Shown: positions 36,675 through 43,488 of the stretch, one piece after another
Layout of the letters: each line of letters opens with the position of its first letter
Numbering within the stretch: the stretch's first letter is position 1
From: a virus
Virus record (IMG/VR): IMGVR_UViG_3300042888_002665
DNA length: 64,000 nucleotides
Reading direction: 5' to 3' (one strand)
Program-made: the position numbers and the translations under genes
The notes under the pieces: model-generated
The model's input: the letters and a program-made list of their open reading frames with translations, nothing else
The model's database searches: none
What the model was told of the DNA's origin: nothing

Positions 36675-37561
36675 TATTTGATTATGTTTATGATTGAGGC
36701 GATACACGCCATAAAATTGATTTCTTTATCTACTACTGTTGCATGCTTATACTGATAGTCAGCTAATGTCATTGTAATCAATCCATTATCTTTACCTAAT
36801 TCATCATATAACACTCTATACATTGGTTCAAAGTCAGATATACTATTATCTACTAAGTATTGTCTGACTGATTTAAATGCGTCTTTACCTTGAATTAATT
36901 TAATTACATCTTGTATATCAAATCTAGTACCAGCTTTAACAAGAGTTAACTTACCATCAATACTATTCTGTTGAGTTACATTGATGATTTTACGAATATC
37001 TGGATAGAAATTAGTAACGATAGCAGATATGTCTGGTAGGTTATATGTAGTATTTTCTGCTTCTAATATAGAAACTAAATGACGAGCAATATCTGGTTTA
37101 GATAATGTTTCGATTTTGAATGCTTGGCATCTAGATTGTAATGGTTCAATAATACGCTCAACGTAATTACAAGTTAGAATGAAGCGTGTTTTAGCTGAGA
37201 ATGTTTCGATTATATTACGTAATGATGCTTGTGCGTTGATAGTTAAATAATCGGACTCATCTAGTATTACTACCTTTAATGGTTGGAATGTAGATGTAGA
37301 AGCGAATGATTTTACTTTATCACGAATCGTATCAATACCGTTTTCGTCTGATGCATTGATATACATCATATCACAGTTGATATTCTGAGTGATTAATTTA
37401 GCTAATGTAGTTTTACCTGTACCTGCTTTACCGTATAATAATAAGTGTGGAATATCGTTTTTTAAAATCCAACTACCGATTGTAGTTTTTAATTCTGAAT
37501 TGCCAATGTATTGATCTAATGTTTGTGAGCGGTACTTTTCAGTCCAAAGAGTGTGTTGCAT
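36674..37561 (-). CDS. clamp loader large subunit (T4 gp44/RFC-like AAA+)
   Basis: LWTEKYR, GKAGTGKTT, INASDE, ILDESDYL, SRC motif. Confidence 0.93.
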   Translation of the reverse strand: MQHTLWTEKYRSQTLDQYIGNSELKTTIGSWILKNDIPHLLLYGKAGTGKTTLAKLITQNINCDMMYINASDENGIDTIRDKVKSFASTSTFQPLKVVILDESDYLTINAQASLRNIIETFSAKTRFILTCNYVERIIEPLQSRCQAFKIETLSKPDIARHLVSILEAENTTYNLPDISAIVTNFYPDIRKIINVTQQNSIDGKLTLVKAGTRFDIQDVIKLIQGKDAFKSVRQYLVDNSISDFEPMYRVLYDELGKDNGLITMTLADYQYKHATVVDKEINFMACIASIINIIK

Positions 37562-37562
37562 A

Positions 37563-37733
37563 TTAATTACCTGGAATATTATATTTTTCTTGAATATAAT
37601 TAAGAGCTTTTAATTTATCAATTGTATCTTCAAATATAGCAATTTTTGCTTCAAGTTCTTTAACTAATTGATGTAGGAGAGCGTTTTCCTCTTGAGCACG
37701 TTCTAATTGTAGTTTTACTGATTTTACTGTCAT
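37563..37733 (-). CDS. small coiled-coil protein (56 aa)
   Basis: Hand-translated MTVKSVKLQLERAQEENALL... Confidence 0.5.
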   Translation of the reverse strand: MTVKSVKLQLERAQEENALLHQLVKELEAKIAIFEDTIDKLKALNYIQEKYNIPGN

Positions 37734-37738
37734 AACAT

Positions 37739-37954
37739 TTATTTTCTAATTTTAATCACATAATTTATAGATTCAGGTTTATGTGAGTCTGAATATGAGT
37801 GGTATGTAATGTATGAATTAATAACTTCTATATTTTCTTTATTTACTGCTTTAATAAACTCCCCATGCCGTTTCATACCACCAGTAGTTCCAATAAGAAA
37901 CGATGCATGATGTACCTCATATTTGGGGAATAATAGTCTAAATAATTTTTTCAT
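37739..37954 (-). CDS. hypothetical protein
   Basis: ORF track; AAATGTT ATG context shared with neighbours. Confidence 0.6.
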   Translation of the reverse strand: MKKLFRLLFPKYEVHHASFLIGTTGGMKRHGEFIKAVNKENIEVINSYITYHSYSDSHKPESINYVIKIRK

Positions 37955-37959
37955 AACAT

Positions 37960-38208
37960 TTATTTTAATTTAACTATTGTTACTACCTCACCTGACTTTA
38001 AAGGACATTTATCAGGAATGCCATTTACATTACCACTATTTATAATCATATTTTCATATGGGTCCCATCCATCATCTTCCGTTATATAAATAAATCTTCT
38101 TTCTTCCGCTCTTTTCTTAAAATATGGGTGTCTACATTCCATACCATCCATACTATTTCCCCAAAATGGACAATCGTTACACTTTGTTACTTCTTCTACT
38201 ATTGTCAT
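37960..38208 (-). CDS. hypothetical Cys-containing protein
   Basis: CNDCPF...CRHP...CPLK. Confidence 0.6.
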   Translation of the reverse strand: MTIVEEVTKCNDCPFWGNSMDGMECRHPYFKKRAEERRFIYITEDDGWDPYENMIINSGNVNGIPDKCPLKSGEVVTIVKLK

Positions 38209-38441
38209 AGCTTTTCTATTTCTTGTTTAACTTCTTGCCAATATTCCATAGTTGAATATTCAACATTTGTAAATGTATTAGAATGTGGATTAGCTAATAT
38301 TATCTCATCTACTGCAATTAATGCACATTGTTTGGCATTATATTTATGTAAATCTTCATCATATAATCCTATATAATTTCTTGATTCGGCATTACTAAAG
38401 AATCTACCATATAGTTCTAATGCTTGTTCTTTTGGTGTCAT
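38205..38441 (-). CDS. hypothetical phage protein (MTPKEQA family)
   Basis: MTPKEQALELY...AKQCALIAVDEII...YWQEVKQEIEKL pattern. Confidence 0.7.
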   Translation of the reverse strand: MTPKEQALELYGRFFSNAESRNYIGLYDEDLHKYNAKQCALIAVDEIILANPHSNTFTNVEYSTMEYWQEVKQEIEKL

Positions 38442-38456
38442 AACATTTATTTTAAG

Positions 38457-38530
38457 TGGACCAGGTAGGAATCGAACCTACTACCTTTTGATTATGAGTC
38501 AACTGCTCTAACCGAGTGAGCTACAAGTCC
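38457..38530 (-). tRNA. tRNA(CAT), most likely Ile2 (lysidine) rather than Met
   Basis: GGACTTG TA GCTC ACTCGGTTA GAGC A GTTGA CTCATAA TCAAA AGGTA GTAGG TTCGATT CCTAC CTGGTCC A; U6-U67 mismatch; no CCA. Confidence 0.88.
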
Positions 38531-38655
38531 AAATGGGGGATTGAAAAAGCCCGGCCCCCGTCCGTCCAACCAACGATTTGGCCCACGCGCAGTTCTTATG
38601 GGATGCTTAATGGTGATTTCGATCTAGCTGCCCTGCAGAACAGACTAGCGGTATG
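38531..38655 (-). ncRNA. putative structured RNA between tRNA genes
   Basis: About 53% GC (hand count) in an AT-rich genome; four local hairpins. Confidence 0.35.
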
Positions 38656-38833
38656 CTGTAGTGGGTGGATTCGAACCACCATAGGGCAATTAGGTAAAGG
38701 ACAATAGCGCTTGCAAGCTGGTGGTCTACCCCGATATCCTTACTTTATTTCGTTATTCCCCGCCCCCGAGACAGGAGGGTGCGTATGCCTCAGATTAGAG
38801 ATACTATCTCTTTTCTTCTTTCGCCACACTACA
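38656..38833 (-). ncRNA. 178-nt tRNA-Asp(GTC)-like RNA with enlarged D-loop and 82-nt variable arm
   Basis: Acceptor TGTAGTG/CACTACA + G73, D-stem GCG/CGC with GG, anticodon arm CCCTC-CTGTCTC-GGGGG, T-arm GGTGG-TTCGAAT-CCACC. Confidence 0.75.
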
Positions 38834-38839
38834 ATTTAT

Positions 38840-39256
38840 TTACTTTAAATCTAACTCTAATTGATTACTTCCTGTCGTTGGTTGTTGTTGTGGTAATGTA
38901 GATGTATAACTCCAATTAGAACCACTAGGATTCCACAACGTCGTTGTAGATGGATTATATGTAATAGTTCCACCACTTCCGGTTGCCACCGTCAATATTC
39001 CACTAGTTGTACCACAATGTATCTTATATGGATTAAATGGGTCTGATGGGTATGGTTGGATAAATGGTATTGTTTGTATTGGTGCTGAATTTGGTGTTCC
39101 CCATCCACCTTCACCAATCGGAGAACCATAATCAGGGCAGTCTTTAATTTTGTCCAATTCCGAAACAATGGTTTCCCATTGCTTCGGTGTTGGTCCTTCT
39201 TCATTTACTGCTTTAGTAAATCCTTTAAGCCAGAATATAAATTGTTCCTTATTCAT
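38840..39256 (-). CDS. hypothetical protein with Pro/Thr/Gly-rich tail
   Basis: EQFIFWLKGF...PTPKQWETI motif. Confidence 0.65.
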   Translation of the reverse strand: MNKEQFIFWLKGFTKAVNEEGPTPKQWETIVSELDKIKDCPDYGSPIGEGGWGTPNSAPIQTIPFIQPYPSDPFNPYKIHCGTTSGILTVATGSGGTITYNPSTTTLWNPSGSNWSYTSTLPQQQPTTGSNQLELDLK

Positions 39257-40877
39257 ACATGTTTATGTCTACTGGTTGGTCTGATTTTTTATCTTCAGGT
39301 TTATTATATACAATCGATTCTGTAATCAAAATCGTACCTGCAACTGATACTGCGTTTTCTAATGCTAATCGAGTTACTTTAGTAGGATCGATAATACCAT
39401 CATTAATTAGATTATTAATGGTTTTAGTTTTTAGATTGTATCCATGTTCTGAAGTAACATCAGATAATCGATTTACAATACCGAATGATTCTAAATTTTC
39501 GTATCCGGCATTAGATAATATCTTTAGGAATGGAGAAGTACAAGCACGATAAACAATATCACGTCCTAAATCTAAATCTACATTATCGTATTTTTTATCA
39601 GCTAGTACTTGACGAGCATGAATTAAAGCAACTCCACCACCAGGTAATATACCTTCCTGTAGGGCTGCTTTGGTTGCGTGTAAAGCATCATCAACACGGT
39701 CCTTTTTCTCTCTCATTTCTACTTCCGTAGGAGCGCCGATATTAATTACTGCTACACCACCTGATAATTTGCCTAAACGTTCTTGTAATTTTTCACGTTC
39801 AAACATTGATTTAGCATTATCGATTTGTTGTTTTAAATCATCAATACGTTGCTCAATTTCCTCAACATTACCTTTACCATCAACAATTGTAGTTGTTTCT
39901 TTAGCCACTGTAACTAAGCGAGCCGAACCTAGCCAATCGGAATTGAATTTCTCCAATTTCATTCCCTTTTCTGGTGAGATAACTTGCCCGCCTGTTACTG
40001 TAGCAATGTCTTCTAAGATATGCAAACGGCGATCTCCAAAATCAGGTGCTTTAACTACTGCTGCTTTTAGAATACCACGCATTTTATTTACTAATAATGT
40101 TGATAGCGCTTCACCATCAATATCTTCAGCAATAACTAACAATTCATCATTTGATTGTGATAATGAATTTAGTAATGGTAGTAATTCTTTAACTTGAGTT
40201 AAACGACCATTATACAATAAAATCTTAGGATTGTTTAATGTAGCAGTCATTGTATCGTTATTTGTAACAAAGTATAATGATTTATATCCCTTATCGATTT
40301 GGATACCTTCTACAATCTCTAATGATGTTTCGCCAATACGAGATTCCTCTACTGTAACTACACCATCTACACCTACTGCTTGCATTGCTTCAGAAATTAA
40401 TGCACCGATTTCCTCATCACCATTAGCTGAAATAACTGCTACTTGTTTGATTTGCTCGTCTGAAGTAATATCTTTGGATATTTCTTTGATTCGGGTAATA
40501 ATTTCTTTTGTTGCTTGCTCAATACCACGTTTAACTTCTACTGCATTTGATCCAGCTTTAATAGCGTTGAATCCGTCTGCAATCATAGTTGATGCAAGTA
40601 ATGTAGTTGTAGTAGTGCCATCACCAGCTAAATCAGCTGTTTTAATAGCTGCTTGCTTTAATAGTTGTGCTCCAATGTTTTCAATTGGATTTTCTAACTC
40701 AATAGAACGAGCAACCGTAACACCGTCTTTAGTTGATACTGGGTTTTCACCTGCATTATCGATAATTACGTTACGACCGTTTGGTCCTAATGTACACGTA
40801 ACTGCATCTGATAATTTGATGACGCCTTTTAATAATTTGGTTTTTGCGTCTTGATTAAATACTATTTGCTTACTCAT
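39249..40877 (-). CDS. groEL: chaperonin GroEL
   Basis: TLGPNGRNV, TKDGVTVA, AGDGTTT, GIQIDKGY, ERLGKLSGGVAVI, GGGVAL, IIDPTKVTR; lacks the GGM tail. Confidence 0.97.
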   Translation of the reverse strand: MSKQIVFNQDAKTKLLKGVIKLSDAVTCTLGPNGRNVIIDNAGENPVSTKDGVTVARSIELENPIENIGAQLLKQAAIKTADLAGDGTTTTTLLASTMIADGFNAIKAGSNAVEVKRGIEQATKEIITRIKEISKDITSDEQIKQVAVISANGDEEIGALISEAMQAVGVDGVVTVEESRIGETSLEIVEGIQIDKGYKSLYFVTNNDTMTATLNNPKILLYNGRLTQVKELLPLLNSLSQSNDELLVIAEDIDGEALSTLLVNKMRGILKAAVVKAPDFGDRRLHILEDIATVTGGQVISPEKGMKLEKFNSDWLGSARLVTVAKETTTIVDGKGNVEEIEQRIDDLKQQIDNAKSMFEREKLQERLGKLSGGVAVINIGAPTEVEMREKKDRVDDALHATKAALQEGILPGGGVALIHARQVLADKKYDNVDLDLGRDIVYRACTSPFLKILSNAGYENLESFGIVNRLSDVTSEHGYNLKTKTINNLINDGIIDPTKVTRLALENAVSVAGTILITESIVYNKPEDKKSDQPVDINMYE

Positions 40878-41169
40878 TGTCTTCTGTTTCTATTAATGCT
40901 AAAACGTTATTTTCTGATGTAACGAGGTATTCTACCCCATCATACTCTACTCTTACTGGTCCTATTTTAGGTAGGATAACTTTATCACCTACTTTAAATG
41001 TAGATGGAATTAATTTACCTTCTCCATTTCGGCGTCCAGGTCCTACTCCGATAATAGTTCCAACGTGGGGCATTTCCTTGCCCATATCTGGTACTACAAT
41101 TGAACCGTAGAATTTCTCTCCCGATTCTTCATTTTTAACGACGATATTGTCGAATACTGCTTTTATCAT
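40870..41169 (-). CDS. groES: co-chaperonin GroES
   Basis: AVFDNIVV, GSIVVPD, VGPGR, VGDKV; ATGA-type overlap with groEL. Confidence 0.93.
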   Translation of the reverse strand: MIKAVFDNIVVKNEESGEKFYGSIVVPDMGKEMPHVGTIIGVGPGRRNGEGKLIPSTFKVGDKVILPKIGPVRVEYDGVEYLVTSENNVLALIETEDNE

Positions 41170-41462
41170 GCTGTTACTAAGTTTTTAATTTCTTCTTTTA
41201 CTGATGTATAATTACTTAAAAATTCTCGGAGTGAATAAGTCTCGCGCTTATTTGCTACTTGGTAACGAATAATTTTATCCATTGCGTTTGATAATGAAGT
41301 AAAACTACCACAGAAATTGTTTCCAGTTTTTGTTGAATCAATTACAGTATAACTGTATTCATCTACTTGGATCTCATATGGAGCTAATAATTTATCAGCA
41401 ATAATGGATTGGGACTTGGTTTGACCTTTTACTCGGCCGAATGATTTTTTTTCTTCTGACAT
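41166..41462 (-). CDS. hypothetical protein
   Basis: ORF track; promoter 41484-41500. Confidence 0.65.
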   Translation of the reverse strand: MSEEKKSFGRVKGQTKSQSIIADKLLAPYEIQVDEYSYTVIDSTKTGNNFCGSFTSLSNAMDKIIRYQVANKRETYSLREFLSNYTSVKEEIKNLVTA

Positions 41463-41498
41463 AACTTTTATTTTCGTTTATCGTAAATTTAATTAAGA

Positions 41499-41521
41499 AA
41501 AGGACGGGAACCACGTCCTTT
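41499..41521 (-). terminator. hairpin AAAGGACG-(TGGTTCC)-CGTCCTTT fused to the promoter motif
   Basis: 8-bp stem after the Hsp20 stop, followed by TCTTAATTAAATTTA. Confidence 0.7.
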
Positions 41522-41524
41522 AAT

Positions 41525-42001
41525 TTATTTAAGTGCTTTTTTATTTGCTTTAGATACGATTTCTACCCTTTTAGATATTTTAGGTTCAGGTGTCTTTTTG
41601 GCAATTTCGATATTTAAGATACCTTCATTAAATTCAGCTGATACATTTTCCATATCGAATTTATTACCAAAAGTAAATGAACGTTTAAATGATGAATGTT
41701 TTAGTTCCTTAATTAAATAAGTACCCTCTTCATCGTTTTTAACTTGTGAATCACCTGAAATAGTCATAACATATTCATCAATATCAATCTTGATATCATC
41801 CTTAGTTAGCCCAGCAATTTCAGCTACGATTCTAACTTTATCATCGAACTCAATAACATTAACTTTAGGATATGATCCTTGTGAAAATGATAGTCCGGTT
41901 TCTTTTTGTAATTCTGGGAATTGTTTTTTTAATAAGTCGTCAAAGACTTTGTCGAATGCGGTAACGGAGTTATTCCTCTCGTTTAAGAGTGTTAAATACA
42001 T
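41525..42001 (-). CDS. small heat-shock protein (Hsp20/alpha-crystallin)
   Basis: YPKVNV, AEIAGLTKDDIKI, ISG, FKRSFTF, AEFNEGILNI. Confidence 0.93.
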   Translation of the reverse strand: MYLTLLNERNNSVTAFDKVFDDLLKKQFPELQKETGLSFSQGSYPKVNVIEFDDKVRIVAEIAGLTKDDIKIDIDEYVMTISGDSQVKNDEEGTYLIKELKHSSFKRSFTFGNKFDMENVSAEFNEGILNIEIAKKTPEPKISKRVEIVSKANKKALK

Positions 42002-42090
42002 GGTTTTTAAATTTTAAAGTTATTAAATTAATCAACTTTTAACGTCATACTCCATTTGGACCTATGACGGGTTCCATAATATAAATATAT

Positions 42091-42807
42091 TTAATTTAAA
42101 GAAGCCATAATAAAGTACTGAGAGATAGCATCTCCTTCAATAAACATTAGATGCATTAATCCATCTTCGTTTACTTTCATTTCAGCTTTATCAAAGTTTT
42201 TATTTGCTGTTAATATTTCACGTAACACATCTGATGGAAATAATAATGGAGCAAATGGCATTCCTTCGGTTTTGGATGGAATATTGAATTCTAATTTATT
42301 AGCATATCCTGATGGATCGCCTAATATGATACGTGCTGTATCGTTATGTGGCTCTAATGTAAATGTTTTAATGTCTGGTCCTAATGCTTTCTTACAATCA
42401 ATAAATCGAGTAACGAAATCAGGTTCCATATCGTAATGCAACTGATAAGTTACATCAATCGCATTTGGTGTTTTAGGAATTAATGATATATCAGATGCTG
42501 AAAACATCATTTTGTATTGATTATCTTCAATCAGCAATTTTTCTACTATACCGAATTTCTCCTGGTACTGAATATCCACATTCGTATCTAAGATATGCAG
42601 TAATTTCAGTAATGGAGATGTTTCGAATATACCGAATTCAGCATTAGGTAATTCGATTGGTAATACAACTTCACCTACTACATCACGATTAGTAGTAGAG
42701 AATGGAATAACTAATACATTATTTTTAATGTTGAACTTAACTGCTTCAGTCAGTCCATTCAGATAATATTTTTCAATACTATCTACTAATTTACGTTTAT
42801 CGATCAT
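42091..42807 (-). CDS. DNA polymerase sliding clamp (T4 gp45-like)
   Basis: Size 238 aa, FGIFETSPLLKLL pattern; context with PolB and clamp loaders. Confidence 0.7.
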   Translation of the reverse strand: MIDKRKLVDSIEKYYLNGLTEAVKFNIKNNVLVIPFSTTNRDVVGEVVLPIELPNAEFGIFETSPLLKLLHILDTNVDIQYQEKFGIVEKLLIEDNQYKMMFSASDISLIPKTPNAIDVTYQLHYDMEPDFVTRFIDCKKALGPDIKTFTLEPHNDTARIILGDPSGYANKLEFNIPSKTEGMPFAPLLFPSDVLREILTANKNFDKAEMKVNEDGLMHLMFIEGDAISQYFIMASLN

Positions 42808-42829
42808 AACCTTAATTTAATGAAGAAAT

Positions 42830-43468
42830 TTACTTTAACTTTAAAAGCATACCAACTCCCATATAAGCATTTGGTTTCATAGTACCTTCATGTACATTAC
42901 CACCAACTTGTAATTGAATTAAGTTATCGTTTAATGATTTACGAATAACTGATATACCGAATGATTGAATTGGTTGTGTAAAGTTTGTAGTAATAAGCGG
43001 CCCAACATACCATTGTATTTCTTTTGGACGATATACTTCTACGATTCGTTCCTTAACTTTTGGTTTAATATCAGCAATCCATCTTCTACTTACTAAACGA
43101 TTATGTGAAATTGTATCTGTAATTATAACATTACCAACGCCTTCTTCCAATGTTAGTACTTCTCTATGTACATTTTTTGGGTAATATTGTTGTAGAATAG
43201 CAACAGTATCTAATGCTGTAGGAGCAGTTGGTACTGGTACCATTGTGTATTTTAATACTTCAACTGTTTTAGTAACTGTTCTAACTCGTGGTTTTGGTGC
43301 CTTAGCAACAGGTACAATTACTGGTTTTGGTGTTGGAACAGGAATTGGAATTACTTTAGATACGGTAGCAATTCCGTTCTTATATGATTTAACAATAATA
43401 AATTTTTGTTTTTGGCCAAACGCTGACACTCCCATCAGCATTAGTAGTAGTATGTGTAACTTTTTCAT
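42830..43468 (-). CDS. secreted/membrane protein of unknown function
   Basis: Signal peptide, Pro/Val/Thr-rich stretch, C-terminal beta-hairpin. Confidence 0.65.
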   Translation of the reverse strand: MKKLHILLLMLMGVSAFGQKQKFIIVKSYKNGIATVSKVIPIPVPTPKPVIVPVAKAPKPRVRTVTKTVEVLKYTMVPVPTAPTALDTVAILQQYYPKNVHREVLTLEEGVGNVIITDTISHNRLVSRRWIADIKPKVKERIVEVYRPKEIQWYVGPLITTNFTQPIQSFGISVIRKSLNDNLIQLQVGGNVHEGTMKPNAYMGVGMLLKLK

Positions 43469-43488
43469 CGTATATAAATATATATTTT

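Noticed and set aside
38516-38707. ORFs overlapping RNA genes (38516-38707, 63228-63446, 886-1131) and 62287-62478
   Set aside because: They overlap tRNAs, structured RNA or a better minus-strand ORF, and have no start context.
38531-38833. tmRNA or RNase P RNA
   Set aside because: Acceptor lacks GGGG start and G3-U70 Ala identity; no tag ORF; no GAGGAAAGUCC core.
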